The notes: generated by a model not told the origin, from the sequence alone. Shown: positions 1-14,001, counted from the first letter of the stretch. The stretch is 64,000 nucleotides of DNA from an uncultured Gemmatimonadaceae bacterium (GCA_963843845.1 CAWJMB010000002.1:992001-1056000); one strand, 5' to 3'. Translations and numbers: made by a program.

Positions 1-31
1 TGACGGGGCACACGCACTCGCGCAATCGGCA

Positions 32-79
32 ATCGCGCACGCCGATCGCGCACGCCGATCGCGCACGCCGATCGCGCAC
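32..79. repeat. 13-bp tandem repeat (atcgcgcacgccg) x3 plus a partial copy
   Basis: Read directly; units start at 32, 45, 58 and 71 (partial); intergenic, downstream of the Rid gene. Confidence 0.85.
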
Positions 80-86
80 CCGCGGC

Positions 87-569
87 TCAGGGCGCGCCGG
101 CTCCGCGCACGGCGATGCACTCGATCTCGACGCGCGCGTTGCGCACGAGTCCCGCGACGGCCACCGTGCTGCGCGCCGGTTTGTGTTTCGCGAAGAACGG
201 CGAGTACGCCTCGTTCATCGACGCGAAATCCTTGATGTCGGCGAGGAAGACGGTGCACTTCACGACGTCGTCGACCGACGCGCCGGCGCGGGTCAGCACA
301 CCCTTCATGTTCTCGAGCGCCTGCTTCGTCTCCGGGCCGATGCCCCCTTCGGCGAGCTGCCCACCGGTCGCGGTGCCGAGCTGGCCGCTCAGGTAGATCG
401 TCTCGCCCACGCGGACGTACGCCGAGAGCGGTGACGAGCCGCCCGCTGCGGGGAATTCGACGCGCGCGGCGGACGGTGGCTGCGCGGCGAGCGGTGCGGC
501 CGCGAGGGCGGCGGCAGCGGCGGCGGTCGTGACGGTGACGGCGAGAGCGTGCGGAAGGCGGAGCGGCAT
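87..569 (-). CDS. RidA/YjgF/UK114 (Rid) family protein with N-terminal signal peptide
   Basis: IYLSGQLG, KCTVFLADIKDFASMNEAY, PARSTVAV and VEIECIA motifs; Ala-rich leader ending LAA-Q. Confidence 0.9.
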   Translation of the reverse strand: MPLRLPHALAVTVTTAAAAAALAAAPLAAQPPSAARVEFPAAGGSSPLSAYVRVGETIYLSGQLGTATGGQLAEGGIGPETKQALENMKGVLTRAGASVDDVVKCTVFLADIKDFASMNEAYSPFFAKHKPARSTVAVAGLVRNARVEIECIAVRGAGAP

Positions 570-677
570 CGAGGTGTCCGGGGTCGGAGAGGGAGGTGGG
601 AGCGACTCGGCGCGTCGGAAGATAGGTGGCGCGGCGCGCGCGGACGCGCGGGCCGCGTGTCGACGCCGATCCGGAGG

Positions 678-1745
678 CTAGAGCGGCCGCACGGCGTCGA
701 CGATCGTGCCCCTCGCGATCGACTCGCGCAACGCATCGCCGAGCTGGTGGCTCGCGTCGACGACGGCCTGCCAGCGACGCATCCGCTCCGACTCGGTGTG
801 CGCATAGAAGTCGCGCCGGTCGGGGATCTTGCCGCCGGGGAGCGACGCGACGAACGCGTCGGATGGCGCGACGAGGAGCGTGCGACGGAAGTTCGTCGCG
901 CCGGCGCGCCGCCACGGCAGTCGTCTGTCGAACCACCCCGGGACGACGTGCGAGTAGAAGTGCGGGTAGAGCACGATCCCCTCGTCGCGCGCTCCGAAAT
1001 CGAGGTCGAGGTGGTAATCGAGCACGCCGCCGTCCCAGTACAGGCCGTGCTCTCCCGGGATGCGCACCCCGTCCATGAGGAGCGGGATCGATCCCGAGGC
1101 GAGCAACGCCGCGCGGAGGTTGTCGTGCGTGAGCCGTCGGTGCGTGGTGGGAAGATCGGCGAGGTGGCGAAACGGGGTCTCGTCGCCGCACGAGTGAAAC
1201 ACGACGCGTCGGAGCTGGGCGGCGAGGGTGCGCCGGCTCACCACGTTCGCCGCTGCTGCGAGCATGAAGCCGGCGACGAGCGGCGTGCGTCGCGTCGCCG
1301 CCGTGAGCCCCCGGCCCGCGGCGACGAGGACGTGCAGCCGTACCCACGGATGCGCGAGCGCCTCGTCGACGCCGCTCGCGCCCAACAGCCGGTCGAGGGC
1401 GGCGCCGAGGACCGTGGAGATCTCGCGCGGCGACGGCTTCGGCGGGTAGCGCTGATCGTAGATGTAGGCATGGTGCCCGCGGTCGAGCGCGGCGACCGGG
1501 TCGCGCTGCGCCAGGCAGGCCATGCGCCAACTGCCGATCGACGATCCGATGCAGTGCAACGGCCGCGTGCGCGGTGCCCGGAAGAACTCGCCGAACAGAA
1601 ATCGATCGAGCCCGGCGAGCGCGAGCCACTTGGCGCCCCCCGACGCGCCGGGGAGGATCGCGACGTCGTCGGCCCGCAACCCGTGCTCGCGGAGGTGGCG
1701 GAGTGCGTCGGGGCCCGCGCGCAGCGTGAGCGGAGCCGCGCTCAT
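678..1745 (-). CDS. Patatin-like phospholipase domain protein
   Basis: GASGG oxyanion loop, GSSIG nucleophile elbow, DGG motif (YWDGGVLD). Confidence 0.8.
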   Translation of the reverse strand: MSAAPLTLRAGPDALRHLREHGLRADDVAILPGASGGAKWLALAGLDRFLFGEFFRAPRTRPLHCIGSSIGSWRMACLAQRDPVAALDRGHHAYIYDQRYPPKPSPREISTVLGAALDRLLGASGVDEALAHPWVRLHVLVAAGRGLTAATRRTPLVAGFMLAAAANVVSRRTLAAQLRRVVFHSCGDETPFRHLADLPTTHRRLTHDNLRAALLASGSIPLLMDGVRIPGEHGLYWDGGVLDYHLDLDFGARDEGIVLYPHFYSHVVPGWFDRRLPWRRAGATNFRRTLLVAPSDAFVASLPGGKIPDRRDFYAHTESERMRRWQAVVDASHQLGDALRESIARGTIVDAVRPL

Positions 1746-1752
1746 CGCGCCC

Positions 1753-2385
1753 TCATTCCGGGCGCCGCGCGGCGCGGGGGATCGAGCGGAGCCGCGCGAC
1801 GTCTGCCGGCGTGTCGACGTCGAGCACCGCAGCGTCCATCGGCACGGCGACGACGTCGCCGACCGTCGCCGCCCGCGCGCGCAGCCAGCGCCCGGCCCCC
1901 GCGTCGCCCGTGAGCGCGACCAGCGACTCGGCGTGTGCGCGGGCGAACAGCGCGGGGGCGCCGACCGCGCTGTCGGTCGACGTCGCGCCGTAGTGCGACG
2001 CGGCGATGCCGCCGGCGGGCCACGCGGTCACGAGTCGCAGCAGTGCCGCCGAGTCGACGAGCGGCTGATCGGCGAGCGTGACGAGCACGCCGTCGACGTC
2101 GCTCCCGAGCGCGGCGCGGACGCCGGCGGCGAGCGACGATGCGAGCCCGTCCTGCCAGCGGTCGTTCGTGACGACCGTGACGGGCACGTCTCGCAGCGCC
2201 GCCCGCACGAGCGTCGCGCCGGCCCCGACGACGACGATCACGGGCGACGCGCCGGTGCCCAGCGCCGCGCGTGCGGCCCGTGCCACGAGCGATTCTCCGT
2301 CGTGCTCGACGAGTTGCTTCGCGTGGCCGAGTCGCGACGAACCGCCGGCGGCGAGCACGACGGCCGCGACGCGCGGCGTCGTCAT
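1753..2385 (-). CDS. mocA: Molybdenum cofactor cytidylyltransferase (NTP transferase, MocA-like)
   Basis: LAAGGSSRLG..KQL, LADQP and DVDTPAD motifs; adjacent to xdhC and iorAB. Confidence 0.85.
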   Translation of the reverse strand: MTTPRVAAVVLAAGGSSRLGHAKQLVEHDGESLVARAARAALGTGASPVIVVVGAGATLVRAALRDVPVTVVTNDRWQDGLASSLAAGVRAALGSDVDGVLVTLADQPLVDSAALLRLVTAWPAGGIAASHYGATSTDSAVGAPALFARAHAESLVALTGDAGAGRWLRARAATVGDVVAVPMDAAVLDVDTPADVARLRSIPRAARRPE

Positions 2386-2433
2386 CGCGTGCGCACTACG
2401 CGGCCACCCCGCAGTCGCGGCGCGCGGAGTCCG

Positions 2434-3642
2434 TCACCGTGCCGCGTCGTGGAGGGGCGCGCGCCGCTCGCGCAGATGTCCACCGTCGCGCCCCGCGAGC
2501 ACCGCGGACGCCTCGGCGACGACGGCGAGCGCGATCGCGGCGGGGCCGTCGCCGCCGACATCGAGACCGACCGGCGCGTACAGGCGCGAGCGCACCGCGT
2601 CGAGCGACACGCCGCGCGACGCGAGCTCGGCGAGCATCCGCTCGGTGCGCGACCGCGGGCCGAGGACGCCGACGTACGGGACGGCGGTCGCGAGCAGCGC
2701 GTGGACGTACGCGGCGTCGCGCGCGAAGTGGTGCGACATGACGACCGCCGCGCTCCGCGCGCCGAACGCAGCGACCTCGGCGACACGTGCCGGCTCGGCG
2801 CACGCGACGACGCGAGCATGCGGAAAGCGAGCGTCGTGTGCGGCGTCGGCGTGTGCGGCGTCGGCGTGTGCGGCGTCGGCGTGTGCGGTGACCGTCGCGC
2901 GATGATCGACGACCGTCACGTCCCAGCCGAGCGACGTCGCGAGCTGCACGACGGGGAGCGCGTCGGGGCCGCTGCCGCAGACGACGAGGTGCGCGATGGG
3001 CGTGACCACCTCGAACGCGACGTCGACGGCGGTCGACGCGCTCGACGACGCGCCGGACGTCACCACGTGTCCACGCCGGCCGGCGGCGAGCGCGTCGTCG
3101 CGGTGCGCGGCGAGCGCGGCGACGAGCGCGCCGTCGCGCCAGAGCCCGGCAGTCGCGATGTCGTCGTCGCCCTCGCCGAGCAGCGCGTGCGCGCCGACGA
3201 CCGGCGCGCCTGGTTCCTGCGGCGCGCGGATCACTGTCGCGAGGACCCGCGGCGAGCCGGCGTGCTGCGCGCGGTGCAGCAGCGCCGCGACGTCGCGCGC
3301 GGCTGCAGGGGCGAGCGGCTCGAGCAGCACCTCGATGAGCCCGTTGCAGCCGAGGCCGAGTCCCCACACCGCGTCGTCGTCGGCGCGCGTGTCGTAGGTG
3401 ACGAGCGCCGCGCGACCGGTCGCGTGCGCCGCGCGCGCGTGCTCGGCCAGGTCGGACTCGAGGCAGCCGCCGCTCACGAGGCCGACCGTCGTGACGGCGT
3501 CGCCGTCCACGCGCACGAGCATGCGCGTGCCGACGCCGCCGTAGCTCGAGCCGACGACGCGGACGACCGTCGCGAGCACGACGGCCTCCCCCGTGGCGGC
3601 CGCCGTGCCTAACGCGTCAACGATGTCGCGCAGTGCGGCCAA
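2434..3642 (-). CDS. xdhC: XdhC/CoxI family molybdoenzyme maturation factor
   Basis: LATVVRVVGSSY, VSGGCLE, GLGLGCNG, YVGVLGPRSR, APVGLDVGGDGPAAIAL. Confidence 0.9.
   Translation of the reverse strand: MAALRDIVDALGTAAATGEAVVLATVVRVVGSSYGGVGTRMLVRVDGDAVTTVGLVSGGCLESDLAEHARAAHATGRAALVTYDTRADDDAVWGLGLGCNGLIEVLLEPLAPAAARDVAALLHRAQHAGSPRVLATVIRAPQEPGAPVVGAHALLGEGDDDIATAGLWRDGALVAALAAHRDDALAAGRRGHVVTSGASSSASTAVDVAFEVVTPIAHLVVCGSGPDALPVVQLATSLGWDVTVVDHRATVTAHADAAHADAAHADAAHDARFPHARVVACAEPARVAEVAAFGARSAAVVMSHHFARDAAYVHALLATAVPYVGVLGPRSRTERMLAELASRGVSLDAVRSRLYAPVGLDVGGDGPAAIALAVVAEASAVLAGRDGGHLRERRAPLHDAAR
2836..2888. repeat. 15-bp in-frame tandem repeat encoding (AHADA)n inside xdhC
   Basis: gtgtgcggcgtcggc repeated about 3.5 times; protein TAHADAAHADAAHADAAHDA. 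Confidence 0.8.
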
Positions 3643-5886
<2,244 letters not shown>

Positions 5887-5890
5887 GGCG

Positions 5891-6415
5891 TCAGTCCTCG
5901 CGCTGCTTGTCGGTGCCGCTCGTCGCGCGGGCGCGCGCGGGGCCCGCCTGCGTGACCTCGGCCTTCATCTCCGCGGCGCGGTGAATGGCCTGGCGGATGC
6001 GCAGGTACGTCGCGCAGCGGCAGAGATTCCCGTTCATCGCGTTGTCGATGTCCGCGTCGGTCGGGCGCGCCGTCCGCGTGAGCAGCGCGGCCGCCGACAT
6101 GAGCTGGCCGGCCTGGCAATAGCCACACTGCGGCACGTCGAGCTCCTCCCACGCGCGCTGCAACGGGTGCGTCGCGTCGGGGGAGAGCCCCTCGATCGTC
6201 GTGATCGACGCGCCCTGCACGACGGAGACGGGGAGCGAGCACGAGCGCGTCGCGCTGCCGTTGAAGTGCACGGTGCAGGCGCCGCACAATCCCGCGCCGC
6301 ACCCGAACTTCGTGCCCTTCATGTCGAGGACGTCGCGGAGCGCCCAGAGCAGGGGCATGTCGGCGGGCGCGTCGACCGTGGTCGGCTTGCCGTTGAGCTT
6401 GAAGGCGACCTTCAT
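5891..6415 (-). CDS. iorA: (2Fe-2S)-binding small subunit
   Basis: [24 protein letters not shown] and NLCRC; start placed at ATG 6415 (MKVAFKLNG). Confidence 0.9.
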   Translation of the reverse strand: MKVAFKLNGKPTTVDAPADMPLLWALRDVLDMKGTKFGCGAGLCGACTVHFNGSATRSCSLPVSVVQGASITTIEGLSPDATHPLQRAWEELDVPQCGYCQAGQLMSAAALLTRTARPTDADIDNAMNGNLCRCATYLRIRQAIHRAAEMKAEVTQAGPARARATSGTDKQRED

Positions 6416-6561
6416 GGCGGGGCGGGGGAGAGGGGAAGATCCGCAATCTGGGGCAGTGCGGCGGTTCGGTCCAGCGCAGCGCGCCCATTCGGACGCGGCT
6501 GTACACTCCACGAACCGCCGCCCCCCGTCGCGTCGCTCCACCCGACTCCCACCCGAACGTC

Positions 6562-8676
6562 ATGCGTCCTCGTCTCGCGCTCGGCGCGCCCGCCCTCGGC
6601 ACGCTCGCCCTCGGCGCGCTCGCCCTCGGCGCGCTCGCGCTGCCGTCGCTGCTCGCTGCGCAGCCCCGCTCCGCCGACTGGCCCGTCTACGGCGGCGACG
6701 ACGCGCACACGCACTACACGACGCTGAGCCAGATCTCGCCGGCGAACGTGCGGCAGTTGAAAGTCGCCTGGACCTACGCCACGCACGACGAGTTCGCCGG
6801 CTCCGAGATGCAGACCAACCCGGTCGTCGTCGACGGCGTGCTCTACGCCACGACGCCGAAGATGCAGGTCTTCGCGCTGAACGCGGCGACGGGGAAGGCG
6901 CTGTGGCGCTTCGACCCCCAGCACGGCGCGGCGACGACGTCGCGCATCCGCCACCGCGGCGTCGTCGTCACCGGCGACCGCGTGCTCGTGAACTACCGCT
7001 CCCGGCTCTACGCCCTCGACCGGCGCACCGGCCGCCCCATCCCCACGTTCGGCGACAGCGGATGGATCGATCTCCGCGCGGGGCTCGGCCGGCCGGTCGA
7101 GGGGCTGTCGGTGAGCGCGAGCACACCGGGCGTCGTGTTCGACGACCTGCTCATCATGGGAAGCACCGTTCCCGAGCAGCTGCCGAGCGCGCCGGGCGAC
7201 ATCCGCGCGTACGACGTGAAGAGCGGCGCGCTCCGCTGGAGCTTCCACACGATCCCGCACCCCGGCGAGTTCGGGCACGACACGTGGCCGGCCGACGCGT
7301 GGACGACCGCCGGCGGCGCGAACGCCTGGTCTGGAGTGACGCTCGACCGGGCGCGCGGCATCGTGTTCGCCGCGACGGGCTCCGCCTCGTACGACTTCTG
7401 GGGTGGCGCGCGGCTCGGCGACAACCTGTTCGCGAACTCGGTGCTCGCGCTCGACGCGCGCACGGGGCAGCGGCTCTGGCACTACCAGGTGCTGAAGCAC
7501 GACCTCTGGGATCGCGACCTCCCGGCGGCGCCGGTGCTCGTCACCGTCCAGCGCGGCGGGAAGGCGGTCGACGCGGTCGCGCAGATCACGAAGACGGGAC
7601 ACGTCTACGTGCTCGACCGCCTGACCGGCACGCCGCTCTTCCCGGTGGCGGAGCGGGCCATGCCGACGAAGGCGCTCCCGGGCGAGCGCGTGGCGGCGAC
7701 GCAGCCGTTCCCCGTGAGCCCGCCGCCGTTCAGTCGCCAGCGCCTCACGGCGCGCGACCTCACGACGCGCACGCCGGCGGCCAACGCCGCCGCCCGCCGC
7801 CTGTTCGCGCAGTACGGCGCCGCGCACCCGTTCGAGGCGCCGACCGCGAAGGGAACGATCCTCTTTCCGGGGGTCGACGGAGGGGGCGAGTGGGGCGGGC
7901 CGGCGTTCGATCCGGAGACGGGCCTCCTCTACGTGAACGCGAACGAGATGGCCTGGCTGCTCAAGCTCGTTCCGCGGAGCGACGAGTCGCTCTTCGCCGC
8001 GAACTGCGCGAGCTGTCACGGCGAGCGCCGGCAGGGCTCGGGCATCGGGCCGTCGCTGCTCGGCGTCGGGACGCGGCGCACGCGCGAGCAGGTCGCGCAG
8101 ATCATCCGCGAGGGCACGGGGCGCATGCCCGCGTTCGGCTCGGCGCTCGACGGGCGCGCGGTGAGCGACATCGTGAACTACCTCTACACCGGCCGCGACG
8201 CGTCGCGCGCGGCCGGCCCCGACCCGTTCGGCGTGCCGTACCGCACGGCCTACTTCGACATCTTCCTCGACCCCGACGGCTATCCGGCCATCGCGCCGCC
8301 GTGGGGCACGCTGAGCGCGATCGACCTGAACGCCGGGACGATCCGCTGGACGCGCCCGCTCGGCGTCTACCCGAAGCTCGCGGCGCAGGGACTCACGAAC
8401 ACCGGCACCGACAACTACGGCGGCGCGATCGTCACGCAGAACGGACTGCTCCTCATCGCCGCGACGACGTACGACGACACGTTCCGCGCCTTCGACAAGC
8501 GCACCGGGAAGGTGTTGTGGGAGGCGAAGCTCCCTGCGGCCGGCAACGCGACCCCGTCGACGTACATGGTCGACGGCCGCCAGTACATCGTCATCGCCTG
8601 CGGCGGCGGGAAGAACGGCGCGAAGAGCGGCGGGACCTACGTCGCGTTCGCGCTGCCCGAGGTGCCGGCGCGGTAG
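6562..8676 (+). CDS. PQQ-dependent glucose/quinate-type dehydrogenase with internal cytochrome c domain
   Basis: Signal peptide; WPVYGGD, HDLWDRDLP, GGGEWGG, PPWG and ATPSTY PQQ-propeller motifs; heme-binding CASCH. Confidence 0.9.
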   Translation: MRPRLALGAPALGTLALGALALGALALPSLLAAQPRSADWPVYGGDDAHTHYTTLSQISPANVRQLKVAWTYATHDEFAGSEMQTNPVVVDGVLYATTPKMQVFALNAATGKALWRFDPQHGAATTSRIRHRGVVVTGDRVLVNYRSRLYALDRRTGRPIPTFGDSGWIDLRAGLGRPVEGLSVSASTPGVVFDDLLIMGSTVPEQLPSAPGDIRAYDVKSGALRWSFHTIPHPGEFGHDTWPADAWTTAGGANAWSGVTLDRARGIVFAATGSASYDFWGGARLGDNLFANSVLALDARTGQRLWHYQVLKHDLWDRDLPAAPVLVTVQRGGKAVDAVAQITKTGHVYVLDRLTGTPLFPVAERAMPTKALPGERVAATQPFPVSPPPFSRQRLTARDLTTRTPAANAAARRLFAQYGAAHPFEAPTAKGTILFPGVDGGGEWGGPAFDPETGLLYVNANEMAWLLKLVPRSDESLFAANCASCHGERRQGSGIGPSLLGVGTRRTREQVAQIIREGTGRMPAFGSALDGRAVSDIVNYLYTGRDASRAAGPDPFGVPYRTAYFDIFLDPDGYPAIAPPWGTLSAIDLNAGTIRWTRPLGVYPKLAAQGLTNTGTDNYGGAIVTQNGLLLIAATTYDDTFRAFDKRTGKVLWEAKLPAAGNATPSTYMVDGRQYIVIACGGGKNGAKSGGTYVAFALPEVPAR

Positions 8677-8721
8677 GCCGGCGCGACCTGGGCGAGCAGC
8701 GGTTCCGCGTTCGTCGCGCCG

Positions 8722-10391
8722 TCAGTACCCCGCCGCGTGCCCGTCCTTCCGCGAGTCCGAGCCCGCCGCGTAGCCCCGGGCGAGCCGCACGATCGCCTGC
8801 GCGCCGCCGAACTGCGTCTGCCGCTCGTCGTACATCTCGTGGCCGAGCGCCCCGAGCGACGCGCGCACGGCGTCGCCGATCGGCGTCTCGAGGGCGACGC
8901 GAAGCGCGTTCATGTGGCGGAAGCGCGGCGCGTCGATCGCCTGCTGCACGTCCATGCCGAAGACGAGCATGTTGAGCAGGAACTGCACGTGTCCCTGCGC
9001 CTGCATGGCGCCGCCCATGAGCCCGAACGACATCCACGGCTCGTCGTTCTTCGTGACGAACGCGGGGATCAGCGTGTGGAACGGGCGCTTGCCCGGGGCG
9101 ACGGTGTTCGGCAGCCCCTCGTCCATCGTGAAGCCGGCGCCGCGGTCGTGCAGCGCGAAGCCGGTGCCGGGCACGACGATTCCGGAGCCGAACTCGTCGT
9201 ACAGGCTGTTGATGAACGACACCATGTTGCCGGCGCTGTCGGCGACGGTGAGGTAGATCGTCTCGCTCGACGTCTGCGCGGGGCCGGGGTCGACCTGGGC
9301 TCGCGCCTTCGTCGCGTCGAGGTGACCGCGCCGTTCGGCGATGAACGCGTCCGACAGCATGCGCTCGGCCGGCATCGTCAGGTGGTCGGCGTCGCCGACA
9401 TAGCGTCCGAGGTCGGCGTAGGCGAGCTTCTTCGCCTCGATGAGGTGGTGCAGGTACGGCGCCGAGTTGTGCCCCATCGCGGCGAGGTCGTAGGGCTCGA
9501 GGATGCGGAGCATCTCGAGCGCCGCGATCGCCCTGGTTGTTCGGCGGCAGCTCCCAGACGCGGTAGCCCTTGAACGTCGTCGAGATCGGCGTGATCCACG
9601 TCGGCGCGTTCGCCGCGAGGTCGGCGAGCGTGACGAAGCCGCCGAGCGTCCTGATGCGGTCGGCGACGCGGGCGCCCAACGACCCGCCGTAGAGCGCGCC
9701 CGGCCCCTCCTTCGCGATCTGGCGCAGCGTGCGCGCGTAGTCGGGGTTGCGGAACCAGTCGCCGGCCTTCGGCGCCTTGCCGTCGACGAGGAACGTCGCG
9801 CGGGCGCCCTCGTCGCGGGCGAGCAGGGCGGCCTGCCCCGCCCAGTCCTCCGCGATGATCGGCGTGACGACGAAGCCGTGGTCCGCGTAGCCGATCGCCG
9901 GTTGCAGCGTCTGCGCGAGCGACAGCGTGCCGTACTTGGTGAGGAGCGTCTGCCAGCCGGCGAGCGCGCCGGGGACGGTGACGGTCTCGATGCCGCGCGC
10001 CGGCATCCGCGTGCGCCCGCGCCTCACCAGTTCGGCGCGCGACATGAGGGCGCCGGCGCGTCCGCTCGCGTTCAGCGCGACGAGGCGGCGCTCCTTCGCG
10101 ATCCAGATCAGCGCGAACATGTCGCCGCCGATGCCGGTCATCATCGGCTCGACGACCGAGAGCGTCGCGGCGGCGGTGACGGCGGCGTCGATCGCGTTGC
10201 CGCCGCGCTGCAGAACGCCGAGGCGCGGCGCTCGTGGCGAGCGGCTGGCTCGTCGCGACGACGCCGCGCGGGGCGTAGACGACCGAGCGGCCGGCCATCG
10301 TCGAGGGGCGCTGGGCGAGGGCGGGCATGGCGAGCGTGAGGAGGGCGACCGACGGGGCGACCGCGGTGCGGAGTGCTGGAGCGAGGCGCAT
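8722..10391 (-). CDS. ggt: Gamma-glutamyltransferase (frameshifts near 10220 and 9530, probably sequence error)
   Basis: GGNAIDAAV, GIGGDMF, ETIYLTVAD (Thr nucleophile), PGKRPFHT, GGAMQAQGH and DSRKDG across three frames. Confidence 0.85.
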
Positions 10392-10582
10392 GGAGCTCGG
10401 TGGCTGGGGGCGCGATCGCCGCAAACGTAGCCGTCGGGACGCCGTCTGTCTCGCGTCGGCTCGCATGCGCTTCCGAACACGACGCGGCGAGCGGCGGCCC
10501 GTGACGGCGCCAATATTGGAGATCGTGCGTGCGCGACACTCCGGTTCGCCGCGCCGATGGAGACCTCGTCCCCACGCTCCGC

Positions 10583-13500
10583 ATGCTGACCCGCGCCTCC
10601 TCGCTCCTCGCCGCACTCGCCGGCCTCGCCTCGGTCGCCTCGGTCGCCTCGGTCGCCTCGGCGCAGAGCACGCGGCTGCTTCGCCAGCCGACGCTCAGCG
10701 CGACGCAGGTCGCGTTCGAGTACGGCGCCGACCTCTGGGTCGTCGGGAAGGACGGCGGCCCGGCACGGCGGCTCACGAGCACGCCGGCCGTCGAGAGCGA
10801 GCCGCACTTCTCGCCGGACGGCCGCTGGATCGCGTTCACCTCCACGCGGAGCGGCGGGCCCGCGGTGTTCGTCGTGTCGGCCGACGGCGGGGACGCGCGG
10901 CGGCTCACCTGGAGCCCGGCCGGCGAGCGCGCGCGCGGCTGGACGCCCGACGGCAAGCACGTCCTGTTCTCGTCGGGCCGCGTGTCCGCCCCGACGACGT
11001 ACGCGAAGCTGTTCACGATCCCCGTCGACGGTGGGCCGGCGCGGCAGCTCCCGGCGTACATGGGACTCCGCGGAAGCTTCTCCCCGAACGGAGAGCAGGT
11101 GGTCGTCGATCGTGTGGACCGCTGGGACGTCGAGTTCCGCAGCTACCGCGGCGGGCAGAACACCCCGCTCGTCGTCATGAACGTCGCGACCGGCGCCGAG
11201 TCGAAGCTGCCGAACGAGCGGACGATGGACATCGACCCGGTGTGGCTCGGCGAGACGATCTACTTCCTGTCGGACCGCGACTGGGCGACGAACGTCTGGT
11301 CGTACGACACGCGGACGCGGGCGCTGACGCAGCTCACACGCTTCAAGGACGCCGACGTGAAAGCGCTGGGCGGGCACGGCGCGACGCTCGTCTTCGAGCA
11401 GGACGGGTGGCTGTGGACGATGCCGACGGCCGGCGGCGCGCCGAGGAAGCTCGACGTCTCGGCGCGCGGCGACTTTCCGTGGGCGATGCCGCGCTTCACG
11501 GACGTCACGCGCACGATCGCGAGCGCGTCGTTGGGGCCGAACGGGCGACGCGCCGTGTTCGAGTCGCGCGGCGAGATCTTCACCGTGCCGGTCGAGAAGG
11601 GGGACGCGCGCAACCTGACGCGCTCCGCCGGTGCCGCCGACCGCGCGCCGGTGTGGGCGCCCGACGGCCGCCGCGTCGCGTGGTTCTCCGACGAGGGCGC
11701 CGGCTACCGCCTCACGATCGCCGACGCCGACGGGCTCACGCCGCCGAGAACGTTAGGCATCGACGACGCGAAGTTCGCGTGGAAGCCGGCGTGGTCCCCC
11801 GACGGCGCGCGCATCGCGTTCGTCGACGACAAGGTGCGGCTCCGCGTGATCGACGTCGCGACGGGGCGGATGACGACGGCCGACACCGGCGGCGCGGCGA
11901 ACGACCGCGGCGCCATGCGCCCGCAGTGGTCGCCCGACTCGCGCTGGCTCGCCTACGCGAAGACGTTCGCGAACCAGTTCCAGCGCGTCGTCGTCTGGTC
12001 GGCGGCGGACGGCGGCCGCCACACGCTGACCGACGCGCTCGCGAGCGCCACCGAGCCGGTGTGGGACCGCAACGGCAAGTGGCTCTACTTCCTCGCGAGC
12101 ACGGACCTCGGCGTCGGCAGCGGGTGGGCGGACCTCGGCAACGTCGTGCGCGGGTCGACGAACGGCGTCTACGTCGCGCTGCTGCGCAACGACGAGCCGA
12201 CGCCGTTCACGCCGGAGAGCGACGAGGAGGCCGCGGCGCGCATGATCGGCACGCCGCCGGGCACGCCGTCGCCCGGCTCGCCCGGCCCCGGCGCGCCGCG
12301 ACCGGGCGCCCCCGGCACACCCGGCACACCCGGCACACCCGGCGACTCGGCGCGCGGGGGCGGCGCGGGGGGCGCACCGCGCGTCGCCGCGCCGCTCGAC
12401 ACGACGCGCCGCGGCAGCGACACGACGCGCGCCCGCGCGACGCCCGTGCGCATCGACTTCGACCGGATCGACCGGCGCATCCTCGCGCTGCCGATGCCGG
12501 TGCGCGACTACGCGACGCTCCTCCCCGGCCCCGCGGGCACGCTGTTCGTCGCCGAGCGCGTGCCGAACCAGCCGGGGACGACGCTCCACAAGTGGGACAT
12601 GGCGAAGCGCGCGGCGACCGTGTTCGTCACCGGCGTGTCGCGCGTCTCGGCGTCGGCGGACGGGAAGAAGCTGCTCTGGCAGCCGGGACACAGCTGGGTG
12701 GTCGTCGGCGCCGACGCGCCGCCGCGCGCGGGCGACGGCGCGCTCCGCGTCTCGCTCGAGACCGCAGCTCGACCCGACGGCAGAATGGCGGCAGATCTTC
12801 GACGAGGCGTGGCGCATCGAGCGCGACTTCTTCTACGATCCGAACCACGCACGGCGCGGACTGGACCGCGGTGCAGCGCGCGCTACGCGCCGCTCGTGCC
12901 GCATCGTGCAGCACCGCGCCGACCTGACGTACGTGCTCGACCAGGTCGGCGGCGAGCTCGCCGTGGGGCATTCGTTCGTGCGCGGCGGCGACATGCCCGG
13001 CCGACCGACTCGTCGCGCGTCGGTGCGCTCGGCGCCGACCTCGTCGCCGACGGCGAGCGGTGGCGCATCGCGCGCATCTACACGAGCGAGAGCTGGAACC
13101 CCGGGCTGCGCGCGCCGCTCGACGCGCCAGGCGTGAAGGCGCGCGTCGGCGACTACCTGCTCGAGGTCAACGGCGTCGCCGGTCACGACGCGCGACGAGC
13201 CGTGGAAGGCGCTCGACGGCACCGCCGAGCGGCAGACCGTGCTGCGGCTCGGCCGAGCGCGCCGACGGCGAGCGGCGCGTGGACCGTGACGGTGATCCCG
13301 GTGCGCACCGAGGCGCAGCTCCGGCAGCGCGCATGGATCGAGGACAACCGCCGCCGCGTCGACTCGCTGTCGCGCGGCACGCTGGCCTACGTGTGGGTGC
13401 CCAACACGAGCCAGCCGGCGATCACCGCGTTCGACCGCTACTACTTCGCGCAGCAGGACCGGCAGGGCGCGGTGATCGACGAGCGGTTCAACGGCGGCGG

Positions 13501-14001
13501 GCTGCTCGACGACTACATGGTCGGCATCATGAGCCGCAAGCCGGTGGGCGGCGTGACGACTACGTGCCTGGCGCGGCGTCGACTGCGCCTGCCGGCGGCG
13601 GGCATCTGGGGCCCGAAGGTGCTGGTCACCAACGAGCTCGCGGGCTCAGGCGGCGACTACTTCCCGTGGGTGTTTCCGCAGCTGAAGGTCGGCCCGCTCA
13701 TCGGCACGCGCACGTGGGGCGGGCTCGTGAACGCGTCCGTGCCGTATCCGCTCGTGGACGGCGGCACGATCACCGCGCCGGCGCACGCGGTGTTCGGCCC
13801 GAACGGCGAGTTCATCGCCGAGGGCGAGGGCGTGCCGCCCGACATCGAGGTGCTGCAGGACGTCGCAGCGCCGTGGCGCGGGGCGCGATCCGCAGCTCGA
13901 GCGCGCCGTGCAGGAGGCGATGAGGCTGGTCGCGGCGAATCCGGTCGTCGCCCCGAAGACGCCAGCCTCCGTGCCCATCCGCTGCGCGGCGCCCGCGCTG
14001 A
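10583..14001 (+). CDS. Tricorn-like S41 protease (PD40 propellers, PDZ, S41); several frameshifts in 12770-13990
   Basis: YRGG, PD40 repeats (PHFSPDGRWIAF), IDERFNGGG, AGSGGDYFP (catalytic Ser), GTRTWGG, DPQLERAV. Confidence 0.85.

Noticed and set aside
32..79. Tandem repeats (also 53453-53493) as CRISPR arrays
   Set aside because: Units are 11-13 bp and contiguous, with no spacers and no cas genes.
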